The position numbers and the translations under genes were made by a program. DNA of 64,000 bases from Candidatus Magasanikbacteria bacterium GW2011_GWC2_37_14 (GTDB lineage: Bacteria > Patescibacteriota > Patescibacteriia > Magasanikbacterales > UBA922). The notes under the pieces are model-generated. The model did no database searches. It was given only the letters and a program-made list of their open reading frames with translations, and was not told where the DNA came from. Of this stretch, positions 44,164 through 52,955 are shown in pieces; position 1 is the stretch's first letter, and every line of letters begins with the position of its first letter. The DNA is taken from contig LBSX01000002.1 of assembly GCA_000990355.1 (NCBI GenBank), positions 6,000-69,999 on the forward strand, in the 5' to 3' direction.

Positions 44164-44709
44164 ATGCCCAGTTGGTTAAGATTTATTTTCATAATTTTGT
44201 TTATTGTTTTTATCACAAGTTTGCACGTTGGAGCTGTTTATCTTTTACCATACCCACTATCAAAAATGAATGTTTTATTTTCTTTTTTTATTATAATGTT
44301 ATTATGGCAAAATTCTGGTAAAATTGTCTGGATGGTTTTTTTTTCACATTTTTTAATAGAACTTTTTACTGTCAGCCCTTTCGGTATAATATTGTTTTCT
44401 AGTGTAATCGCTTTTTTAATAAGTTATTGGCTGTACCAAAATGTGTTTACAAATCGATCATGGTATGCAGCTTTAGTTTTATCTGTTTTTACGTTATCTA
44501 TATACAGAATTTTATATATAACATTATTATTTTTAGGTCAATTGTTGGGATGGCAAAACAACACACCATTACGTTTGGTTTTGGTAACTTCTTTTTGGGA
44601 ATTATTAACTACAACCGGATTTTTAATAATTATTTACTTTATATTTTCTCGTTTTTCAAAAAAATTAAGTTCAGCTGTTGTAATTGAAAGTTCAATATAT
44701 GGTAGATAA
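44164..44709 (+). CDS. mreD: MreD-like polytopic membrane protein
   Basis: Position between mreC and pbp2, 5-TM small protein. Sequence not diagnostic. Confidence 0.55.
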   Translation: MPSWLRFIFIILFIVFITSLHVGAVYLLPYPLSKMNVLFSFFIIMLLWQNSGKIVWMVFFSHFLIELFTVSPFGIILFSSVIAFLISYWLYQNVFTNRSWYAALVLSVFTLSIYRILYITLLFLGQLLGWQNNTPLRLVLVTSFWELLTTTGFLIIIYFIFSRFSKKLSSAVVIESSIYGR

Positions 44710-46687
44710 AAAATCATATTTTTTTGGTGAACCATTGTTTTCTGGTAAAAAATTAGAAGGTAAATTTAGAAATACATGGGTAGAAGAGTCTTTTTATTTT
44801 GAAAAGACTTTTGGTAAACAAAAAGAATTGGCTGGCACTACAAAAGAATATTTAGGAAATAACTTTACTAAAAATAAATATTTAATTAGTCTATTAACTA
44901 TAATTGCTGTATTTTTTTTAATTCTTTTCCGATTAATTTATTTACAAGTCTTTTCTGGTTCCGACTATAGAATTTTAGCAGAAAATAATCGTCAAAGAAT
45001 AATTCCTATTCCAGCTGAGAGGGGTTTAATCTACGATAGAAACAACATACCTCTTACAAAAAATATTCCAAATTTTGTTTTAACTCTTATTCCACAAACA
45101 TTACCAAAAGACGAAAACAAAAAAAATGAAATTATTAACAAATTAGCAGAATTAACAGCTATACCAAATGATGAAATTAAAATGATTATTGAAGAGTATG
45201 GTAATTATACATACGAATCTGTAGTAATAAAAGATAATATAGAATATGAAAAAGCCTTGTCAATCCTTATTGCTCTTGGAGATTTGCCTGGTATAGAAAT
45301 CAAGCAGGGTAGCAAACGTTTGTATATAAATAAAGAAGAAGTTATTTCTACCTCTACCCCAAGTTCTTTAGCCCATGTTTTGGGATATATTGGAAAATTA
45401 AACAAAAAAGAACTAGATAATTTGCACAGTAAAGGCTATTTACCATCAGATGTGATTGGAAAGGTAGGAATTGAAAAAACTTTTGAAACTTATTTACGAG
45501 GTATTTATGGTAAAAAAAGAATAGAAGTTAATGCCACGGGCAAAGAACAAAGCATTTTGGCGGAAGAAGCTCCAATACCAGGCAAACATTTAATTCTTAC
45601 CATAGACAAAAAAATTCAAAATAAACTAGAAGAAATAATTAGTAGTTATTTAAAAAATTTTCCATCCAAAAGGGCTGCTGCAGTAGCAATAAACCCACAA
45701 AATGGTGAAGTGTTAGCACTAATTAGTTTACCAGCGTTTGATAATAATGATTTTTCTGGTGGAATTAAATCAGTGGTTTATAATAATTACTTAAACGATA
45801 AAAATCAACCTCTTTACAATAGAGTAATTAGTGGTCTTTATCCATCGGGTTCTTCAATCAAGCCAGCAATCGCTGCTATAGCATTAGAAGAAGGAATTAT
45901 TACATCAGTAACTTCTTTTTTAAGTACCGGTGGTTTACAAGTGGGGGATTGGTTTTTCCCAGATTGGCAAGCCGGAGGTCATGGTAATACAAATGTTCGT
46001 AAGGCAATTGCTTGGTCAGTGAATACTTTCTTTTATTATATTGGGGGTGGTTACCGAGATTTTACTGGTTTAGGTGTAGAAAAAATTGTTGAATATTTAA
46101 AAAAGTTTGGATTTTCAACTCAAACAGGTATTGATTTACCAGCAGAAAATCAAGGTTTTTTACCTAGTAAAAAATGGAAGGAAGAAACCAAAAAAGAAAG
46201 GTGGTATGTTGGTGATACTTACAATGTTTCAATCGGACAAGGTGATATTTTAGTAACTCCATTACAAATTGCCAACATGACAGCTTTTTTTGCTAATGGT
46301 GGTGTTTTATACAAACCACAGATAATTAAATCCATTATTGACCCTGTAACAAATTTAGAAACAGAAAAAATTATTCCACAAATCATTAATAGAGATTTTA
46401 TTAAAAAAGAAAATATTAATACTGTAAAGTTAGGAATGAAAGATTGTGCCGATTATGGTTCTTGTCGTCGTTTAAGTTTGCTTCCTTTTTCGACTGCTGG
46501 AAAAACTGGCACAGCGCAATGGAACAAAAACAAACCAAACCATGCCTGGTTTACTTCCTTTGCTCCATACGAAAACCCACAAATTGTAGTAACTGTTTTA
46601 GTAGAAGAAGGTGGAGAGGGTAGTAGTATTGCTGTACCAATAGTTTATGATTTTTACAAATGGTGGGCAAACAATGGTTTAAAATAA
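44699..46687 (+). CDS. mrdA: penicillin-binding protein 2 (elongasome transpeptidase)
   Basis: SGSSIKP (SxxK) and KTGTAQ (KTG) motifs, N-terminal TM, synteny with mreBCD. Confidence 0.9.
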   Translation: MVDKKSYFFGEPLFSGKKLEGKFRNTWVEESFYFEKTFGKQKELAGTTKEYLGNNFTKNKYLISLLTIIAVFFLILFRLIYLQVFSGSDYRILAENNRQRIIPIPAERGLIYDRNNIPLTKNIPNFVLTLIPQTLPKDENKKNEIINKLAELTAIPNDEIKMIIEEYGNYTYESVVIKDNIEYEKALSILIALGDLPGIEIKQGSKRLYINKEEVISTSTPSSLAHVLGYIGKLNKKELDNLHSKGYLPSDVIGKVGIEKTFETYLRGIYGKKRIEVNATGKEQSILAEEAPIPGKHLILTIDKKIQNKLEEIISSYLKNFPSKRAAAVAINPQNGEVLALISLPAFDNNDFSGGIKSVVYNNYLNDKNQPLYNRVISGLYPSGSSIKPAIAAIALEEGIITSVTSFLSTGGLQVGDWFFPDWQAGGHGNTNVRKAIAWSVNTFFYYIGGGYRDFTGLGVEKIVEYLKKFGFSTQTGIDLPAENQGFLPSKKWKEETKKERWYVGDTYNVSIGQGDILVTPLQIANMTAFFANGGVLYKPQIIKSIIDPVTNLETEKIIPQIINRDFIKKENINTVKLGMKDCADYGSCRRLSLLPFSTAGKTGTAQWNKNKPNHAWFTSFAPYENPQIVVTVLVEEGGEGSSIAVPIVYDFYKWWANNGLK

Positions 46688-46707
46688 AATGATATCCACA
46701 GTATTCT

Positions 46708-46767
46708 TTGCTCTTTTTTGTTTTTTTTTCTATACTACTCATTATCCGCAAGTTGCGGTTTATTTTA
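46708..46767 (+). promoter_or_regulatory. candidate greA promoter (TTGCTC-N17-TATACT) followed by a short leader hairpin CCGCA-agt-TGCGG plus T-rich tail
   Basis: TATACT 46731-46736. Hairpin 46746-46758 followed by TTTATTTTA, before the ATG at 46780. Confidence 0.35.
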
Positions 46768-46779
46768 TTAAGATTTTAT

Positions 46780-47244
46780 ATGCAAGATGATATTCAATAC
46801 ATGTCCGAAGAAAAATTAGCAGAATTAAAAAAAGAACTAATTTATTTAAAAAATGAAAAATCAATACAATTACGTAAACGTATAGATGAAGCTCGACAAA
46901 TGGGTGATTTATCAGAAAATGCTGAATATCACCAAGCTCGAGAAGATTTGTCTTGGGCATTATCACGAGTAAATGAAATCCAGTCAATTTTAGGTAATGC
47001 CCAGATCATTGTTAACACTGTTGGCAAGGGCGTTTCTCTTGGCTCTTTTGTAAAAGTAGAAGATAAAAGTGGTAAAGAAAAAGAATTTACTATTGTAGGT
47101 GCGCAAGAAGCAAACCCTTTAATTGGTAAAATTTCCAATGAATCACCACTTGGTAACGCTCTTTTAGGTAAGAACAAAGGTGACAAAGTAGAAATAAATA
47201 CTCCAGGTGGTATCCAGATATACAAAATCCTAAAAGTTGGCTAA
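46780..47244 (+). CDS. greA: transcription elongation factor GreA (paralog 2)
   Basis: ARQMGDLSENAEYHQAREDL, SPLGNALLGKNKGD. Confidence 0.9.
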   Translation: MQDDIQYMSEEKLAELKKELIYLKNEKSIQLRKRIDEARQMGDLSENAEYHQAREDLSWALSRVNEIQSILGNAQIIVNTVGKGVSLGSFVKVEDKSGKEKEFTIVGAQEANPLIGKISNESPLGNALLGKNKGDKVEINTPGGIQIYKILKVG

Positions 47245-47247
47245 AAT

Positions 47248-47273
47248 TAGTCTACCTACTGGCAGGCAGGCTA
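47248..47273. repeat. GC-rich module (reverse orientation) TAGCCTGCCTGCCAGTAGG
   Basis: The reverse complement matches the core of 1465-1483 and 38422-38440 with one substitution. Confidence 0.65.
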
Positions 47274-47282
47274 AATATTCTA

Positions 47283-47319
47283 CAAATACCTCAAAAAAAT
47301 GGGGTATTTGTGTTTTTTG
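47283..47319 (+). terminator. rho-independent terminator after greA
   Basis: CAAATACC / GGTATTTG stem followed by TGTTTTTT. Confidence 0.65.
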
Positions 47320-47396
47320 TGGTTTTTTGCTAAAATAAAAGATAATAAATCCCTGTAAAAAGGATCTTTTTTCACTACAAATAACTAGCTAATTTT

Positions 47397-49484
47397 ATGG
47401 AAAAAATAACAAACATCAACGACGAAAAAACTATTAGAATTGGTAAATTAAACGATTTAAAAAAACTTGGAGTAAATCCTTATCCAGCCAAAGCGCATAA
47501 AAAAAATACTTTAGAAGAAGCATTAAGCATGACCGATGGTGAGAAAGTTTGTTGTGCTGGTAGAATTATTACTTTTAGAGAAATGGGTAAATTAACTTTT
47601 TGTCATTTACAAGATGCTAGTGCAAAAATGCAAATTGCCTTAAAAGATGGTGAGATTGATAAAGAAAGTTATCATTTGTTTTTAAAGAAAATTGATTCTG
47701 GTGATATTATTCAAGTAGAAGGAGAAAGATTTACTACCCACAAAGGCGAAGCTTCTATTTTAGTTAAAAAATGGACCTTGCTTAGCAAATCACTTCTACC
47801 TTTACCAGATAAATTTCATGGATTACAAGATGAAGAGATTCGTTTGCGTAAACGATATTTAGAAATGATTGACAATCCCGAAGTAAAAGATATTTTTATT
47901 CGTAAAAGTAAATTTTGGAATAGTACTCGTCAATTTTTATTAAAAGAAGGATTTTTGGAAGTCGAAACCCCAGCCTTGGAAGTAACTGCTGGTGGAGCCA
48001 GTGCTACTCCATTTGTTACACATCACAATGCCCTAGATATTGATGTTTATTTACGAATTTCTATGGGTGAACTTTGGCAAAAAAGATTAATGGTTGCTGG
48101 TTTTGAAAAAACATTTGAAATTGGTAGACAATTTAGAAATGAAGGCATGAGTCGTGAGCATTTGCAAGATTATACACAAATGGAATTTTATTGGGCCTAT
48201 GCGGATTACAACATGGGTATGGAATTAGTAGAAAAATTAATTAAATATATTGCCAAAGAAACATATAACACACTAAAATTTACGATTGGTGATTTTGGTG
48301 AAATTGATTTAGGTGAAAAATGGGAGCGTTATGATTATGTTTCTATAATTAAAGAAAAAACTGGCGTAGATGTTTTAAAGACTAATGATAAGGAATTGAA
48401 AATTGAACTTAAAAAATTAAAAGTAGCCTATGAAGAAACCGAGGGTCGTAGTAGTTTAATTGATGCTTTATGGAAATTTTGTCGCCGGTCATTAAAAGGT
48501 CCTGGTTTTTTAATTAATGTACCTGTAGCTGTGTCTCCTTTAGCCAAAAGAAAAACCGATAACCCAGAATTAACCGAAAGATTTCAAATTATTATTGCTG
48601 GTTCTGAATTGGGCAATGGTTATTCCGAATTAAATGATCCAATCGATCAAGCAGAAAGATTTAAAGAGCAGGCCAGCATGCGTGAAGCCGGGGATAATGA
48701 AGCACAAATGCATGACACAGACTTTGTAGAAGCTTTGGAACATGGTATGCCACCAACCTGTGGTTTTGGTTTTTCCGAACGTTTATTTTCGTTTTTAGAG
48801 AACAAACCAATTCGCGAGTGTGTAATTTTTCCTTTGATGAGACCAGAAAAGGGTGATTTAGAAAAAATCAGTGTTGTCAGTAAAAAAAACAATGATGTTT
48901 TATTAAAACTTCCAATTACTCGTGAGGAGGCGTTATGTGCTATAAAAAAGTATACTAAAAAACCAGCAAATTTAAATCATTACCTAGAATCAGAAGTGGT
49001 AATGCGTGCTCTAGCAACACATTTAAAACAAAACGTGGAATATTGGGGTATGCTTGGGTTACTTCATGATATTGATTGGGAAATGACTGAGGATGACTCT
49101 ATAAAACATTTGACTAAAGCTCCAGAATTGTTAAAAGGATTAGGTTTTGATGATTATTTTATTGAAATTATTTTGTCTCATGGTTATGGTTGTAATTGTG
49201 CTGGGTTGAATGATAAAAAACGTTCAAAACAATTAGAATTTGCTTTGGCCTGTGCTGAGACAGTAACTGGGTTAATTTACAGTGTATCTTTAATGAGACC
49301 GGATAAAATTGCTACTTTAGATGCTAAATCGGTAATGAAGAAATTTAAGGATAAGAAATTTGCGGCTAAAGTAGATCGTGAGGTAATTAAAGAATGTGAA
49401 AAGATCGGTTTGGGTGTTGAGGAATTTTTACAATTATCAATCGAAGCTATTCGTTCGATTGCTGGTCAAATTGGTTTAAAATAA
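47397..49484 (+). CDS. lysS: lysine--tRNA ligase (class II) fused to a C-terminal HD-domain protein
   Basis: OB-fold N-terminus, FRNEGMS and class II core up to ...FPLMRPE, then a roughly 200-aa domain with LLHDIDW and SHGYG (HD superfamily). Confidence 0.88.
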   Translation: MEKITNINDEKTIRIGKLNDLKKLGVNPYPAKAHKKNTLEEALSMTDGEKVCCAGRIITFREMGKLTFCHLQDASAKMQIALKDGEIDKESYHLFLKKIDSGDIIQVEGERFTTHKGEASILVKKWTLLSKSLLPLPDKFHGLQDEEIRLRKRYLEMIDNPEVKDIFIRKSKFWNSTRQFLLKEGFLEVETPALEVTAGGASATPFVTHHNALDIDVYLRISMGELWQKRLMVAGFEKTFEIGRQFRNEGMSREHLQDYTQMEFYWAYADYNMGMELVEKLIKYIAKETYNTLKFTIGDFGEIDLGEKWERYDYVSIIKEKTGVDVLKTNDKELKIELKKLKVAYEETEGRSSLIDALWKFCRRSLKGPGFLINVPVAVSPLAKRKTDNPELTERFQIIIAGSELGNGYSELNDPIDQAERFKEQASMREAGDNEAQMHDTDFVEALEHGMPPTCGFGFSERLFSFLENKPIRECVIFPLMRPEKGDLEKISVVSKKNNDVLLKLPITREEALCAIKKYTKKPANLNHYLESEVVMRALATHLKQNVEYWGMLGLLHDIDWEMTEDDSIKHLTKAPELLKGLGFDDYFIEIILSHGYGCNCAGLNDKKRSKQLEFALACAETVTGLIYSVSLMRPDKIATLDAKSVMKKFKDKKFAAKVDREVIKECEKIGLGVEEFLQLSIEAIRSIAGQIGLK

Positions 49485-49489
49485 AAATT

Positions 49490-49909
49490 ATGAAAACCGT
49501 AATGATCTTTGGCACTTTTGATATTGTCCATGCTGGACATTTGCATATGTTTAAAGAAGCCAAGAAATATGGTGATTTTTTAGTCGTTGTGGTTGCACGT
49601 GATCAAAATGTAGAAATAATTAAGGGTTTAGGGTCATTACATAGTGAAGAAGAAAGATTGTTGTTTTTAGAAAATATTAAATTAATTGATCAGGTTTTGT
49701 TGGGAGACAAAACTGATGTTTATAAAGTCGTAAATGAAATTAAACCAAATATAATTGCTTTAGGTTATGATCAAAAAATTTATGTAGACAATCTTGAAAA
49801 GGCTATCACCAATTTCGGGTTGAATACTAGAATAGTACGATTAGCACCTTATCAAGAAAATCGTTTAAAAAGTAATAAAATTCGTAAATATATTGAACGT
49901 TTAGTATAG
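49490..49909 (+). CDS. cytidylyltransferase-like nucleotidyltransferase (FAD synthase RibL / TagD-like)
   Basis: FGTFDIVHAGHLHMF HxGH motif, 139 aa. Confidence 0.7.
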   Translation: MKTVMIFGTFDIVHAGHLHMFKEAKKYGDFLVVVVARDQNVEIIKGLGSLHSEEERLLFLENIKLIDQVLLGDKTDVYKVVNEIKPNIIALGYDQKIYVDNLEKAITNFGLNTRIVRLAPYQENRLKSNKIRKYIERLV

Positions 49910-49912
49910 ATT

Positions 49913-50941
49913 ATGCAAAAAGTTTTAATTGCGACAACCAACCAAGGAAAATTTAATGAAACCAAGGAATTTTTGAGTGATTTGGCTTTTAATTTTATTA
50001 GTTTAAATGATTTGAACAAAAAAATTTCTCCACCAGAAGAAAACGAAGATAATTTGGAAAAAAATGCCATGTCTAAAGCGGTTTATTATGGAGAAAAAAC
50101 CGGTTTAATTACACTTTGTGATGATTCTGGTTTGTTTGTTAAAACTTTAAAAAACTTTCCCGGTATTTATTCAGCGCGAATTGCAAAAACCGATAAAGAG
50201 CGTTGTAAAATTATTTTAGAAAAATTAAAAAATAAAAAAAGCCGTTCTGCTATTTTTGCTTTAGTTTATGCACTCTATAACCCCAGCAATCAGGATCTAT
50301 ATTTAGCCAGTGGTATGACCAAGGGCAAAATTACCGAAAAGGAAATTGGCAAAAATGGTTTTGGTTATGACCAAATTTTTTATGTAAATGAAAAAAAGAA
50401 AACTTACGCTCAAATGAAAATTCAAGAAAAAAATTCTTGTTCGCATCGAGCTAAGGCCTTAAACAAAGTAAAATATTTTTTATTAAATCAGTTTGACCCA
50501 AAACATATTGTCGTTCCTTTTGGTATTATTGTAAAAGAAGGCAAAATGTTAATATCTCTACGTAATGATCCTCATCGTCCAAAATCCCACAAAAAATGGG
50601 AAATGCCTGGTGGGGGAGTAGATTTTGGAGATAATGTAGAATCTACATTATTAAAAGAAGTAAAAGAAGAAACAGGTTATAAAATAAAAATTATTAAGCA
50701 ATTGCAAGGAATTACTGTTAAAAGTGTTGCATACCCAAATTACAAATATCAAGTTTTTTTAGTTCCTTTTGTTTGTAAAATTATTAGTGGTAAATTAGCA
50801 TTGAACAGTAATGAAGTTTTGACTACAAAATGGATTAAACCAAATGATTACAAAAATTACAAATTTTTAGAAGGTAATAATATCATGTTAAAAAAATTAT
50901 TACCGCAATTAAAACAAGTTATTAAAGATTTTAAATTATAA
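49913..50941 (+). CDS. fusion of RdgB/HAM1 non-canonical purine NTP pyrophosphatase and a Nudix hydrolase
   Basis: ATTNQGKFNE, GFGYDQIF and SHRAKAL (HAM1), then GGGVDFGDNVESTLLKEVKEETGY (Nudix box). Confidence 0.8.
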   Translation: MQKVLIATTNQGKFNETKEFLSDLAFNFISLNDLNKKISPPEENEDNLEKNAMSKAVYYGEKTGLITLCDDSGLFVKTLKNFPGIYSARIAKTDKERCKIILEKLKNKKSRSAIFALVYALYNPSNQDLYLASGMTKGKITEKEIGKNGFGYDQIFYVNEKKKTYAQMKIQEKNSCSHRAKALNKVKYFLLNQFDPKHIVVPFGIIVKEGKMLISLRNDPHRPKSHKKWEMPGGGVDFGDNVESTLLKEVKEETGYKIKIIKQLQGITVKSVAYPNYKYQVFLVPFVCKIISGKLALNSNEVLTTKWIKPNDYKNYKFLEGNNIMLKKLLPQLKQVIKDFKL

Positions 50942-50944
50942 AAT

Positions 50945-52183
50945 ATGCTAGATATTAAATTCATTCGTGAAAATGTGGAATTAATCAAAACTAACTGCGC
51001 TAATCGACATGTAAAAGTTGATATTGAAAAATTAGTAGAATTTGACGACAAAAGACGAGGGATGCTAAAAAGAATTGAAGATTTAAGAGCTAGTAGAAAT
51101 CAAAATTCCAAGCAAAAACCAAGTGAAGAAGAAATTGCTAAAATGAAGATTGTTGGAGAAGGCATAAAAGCCTTGGAAGTGGAAATGCAGACAATTGACG
51201 CTGAATATTTAAATTTGTTAAAACAAATTCCAAATTTATCCCATCCAGAGAGTCCAATTGGCGGTGAAGCAGATTATAAAGTAATTTGTGAAAGTGGTAA
51301 GCCACCTAAATTTGACTTTGTACCCAAAGATCATGAAACCCTAATGACAAGTTTAGATTTAATTGATTTTGAACGAGGAGCTAAAGTGTCGGGTTCTAAG
51401 TTTTATTTCGTAAAAAATGACGCTGTACGGCTCAATTTTGCCCTTTTGAGCTATGGTATGGATATTGTGAATAAATATGGCTACACCCTAATGGAAACCC
51501 CGGATTTGGCCAAAAATGAGATTTTGAGCGGTACTGGTTATAACCCTAGGGGTAATGAAACAGCAATTTATTCTGTCGAAAATACTGACCTAAGTTTAAT
51601 AGCCACTGCCGAAATCACTGTTGGTGGTTATCATGCCAATGAAGTTTTGGATTTGTCTAGTGGACCAAAAAAATATGTTGCCTTATCACATTGTTTTCGT
51701 ACCGAAGCAGGGTCCTATGGCCAGGAATCCAAAGGCCTGTATCGCGTTCATCAATTTACTAAATTAGAAATGTTTGTTTTTTGTAAACCAGAAGAAAGTG
51801 AAAAATATCACGAAGAAATATTAAATATTGAAAAAGAAATTTGTGATGGCTTAAAATTAAATTATCGCGTGATTGATATTCCGACAGGCGATTTGGGCGG
51901 GCCCGCTTATCGCAAATTTGATCTAGAAGCTTGGATGGTGATGAAAGACGGCTATGGTGAAATTACTTCTACTTCCAATTGTACAGATTATCAAGCACGA
52001 CGATTAAATATTAAATACAAAAATGAACAAGGCAATAATGAATATGTTCATACTTTAAATGGTACTGCTGTAGTCTTGAGCCGTTTTCCTCTGTCAATAG
52101 TTGAACAATACCAGCAAGCTGATGGGAGTGTTAAAATTCCTGCAGTGTTGGTAAAATATTTGGGTAAAAAAATTATTAAATAA
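50945..52183 (+). CDS. serS: serine--tRNA ligase
   Basis: N-terminal coiled coil, FRTEAGS motif 2, GTAVVLSR motif 3. Confidence 0.95.
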   Translation: MLDIKFIRENVELIKTNCANRHVKVDIEKLVEFDDKRRGMLKRIEDLRASRNQNSKQKPSEEEIAKMKIVGEGIKALEVEMQTIDAEYLNLLKQIPNLSHPESPIGGEADYKVICESGKPPKFDFVPKDHETLMTSLDLIDFERGAKVSGSKFYFVKNDAVRLNFALLSYGMDIVNKYGYTLMETPDLAKNEILSGTGYNPRGNETAIYSVENTDLSLIATAEITVGGYHANEVLDLSSGPKKYVALSHCFRTEAGSYGQESKGLYRVHQFTKLEMFVFCKPEESEKYHEEILNIEKEICDGLKLNYRVIDIPTGDLGGPAYRKFDLEAWMVMKDGYGEITSTSNCTDYQARRLNIKYKNEQGNNEYVHTLNGTAVVLSRFPLSIVEQYQQADGSVKIPAVLVKYLGKKIIK

Positions 52184-52184
52184 A

Positions 52185-52955
52185 ATGACTAAAAAAACTT
52201 TGATAATTCTACCTGGATGGGGTGGAAACAAAGAAACGTGGAAAAATTTTGCAGAACTTGCGAGCAAAGATTTTGACGTACATATTATTGAATTGCCGTG
52301 TTTTGGCGATGAACCCTGCCCAAAAACAGTTTGGGATATTGAAGATTATGTTGAGTTTGTTAAAAATAAACTTCTTGAGCGTCATTCCCGCGAAGGCGGG
52401 AATCTTAAATTGGTGAAAGATCCCCGTTTTCACGGGGATGACGCAGTGCTATTAGGTCACTCATTTGGTGGACAAGTAGCCACGGTCTTTGCTTCCAAAT
52501 ACCCAGAGATGATTGAAAAACTTATTTTAACAGCACCGGCTGTTTTCCGCCCTAAAAAAACTTTTCGACGAGTAGTTTTCAATATTGGAGCAAAATTTGG
52601 TAAATTAATTTTTAAAATTCCTTGGATAGAAAATGGTTCCCTCTGGGCCGAAAAAATTTATCACCAAGCAATTGGTGCCAAAGATTATCATGATAGTTCG
52701 GGCATTAAACGAGAAATTTTTAAAAATATTATTCGTCAAGACAGGGGAGTGGAAGCTAGTAAAATTACTATACCAACTCTAATTGTTTGGGGTACAATGG
52801 ATGGTTATCTACCAGTTGCTGATGCTAATCAATTGAATAAATTAATAAAAAACTCTAAACTTGAAATAGTTAATGGTGGAAGACATGGATTACACCTACA
52901 AATACCAGAAAAACTTTTATATTTAATAAAATCTTTTCTTGAAAAAAATATATGA
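52185..52955 (+). CDS. alpha/beta hydrolase
   Basis: GHSFGG nucleophile elbow. Contains a hairpin-element insert just upstream of it. Confidence 0.75.
   Translation: MTKKTLIILPGWGGNKETWKNFAELASKDFDVHIIELPCFGDEPCPKTVWDIEDYVEFVKNKLLERHSREGGNLKLVKDPRFHGDDAVLLGHSFGGQVATVFASKYPEMIEKLILTAPAVFRPKKTFRRVVFNIGAKFGKLIFKIPWIENGSLWAEKIYHQAIGAKDYHDSSGIKREIFKNIIRQDRGVEASKITIPTLIVWGTMDGYLPVADANQLNKLIKNSKLEIVNGGRHGLHLQIPEKLLYLIKSFLEKNI
52379..52444. repeat. GCGTCAT...ATGACGC double-hairpin element inside the hydrolase gene
   Basis: ATTCCCGC/GCGGGAAT and ATCCCCG/CGGGGAT hairpins. Same architecture as the rsmI element but with different stems. Confidence 0.85.

Noticed and set aside
52209-52433. ORFs 52209-52433 (-) and 52222-52416 (+) with IPAFAGMT / IPAKAGI peptides
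   Set aside because: They lie inside the alpha/beta hydrolase gene. Their only distinctive parts are alternate-frame readings of the hairpin element.
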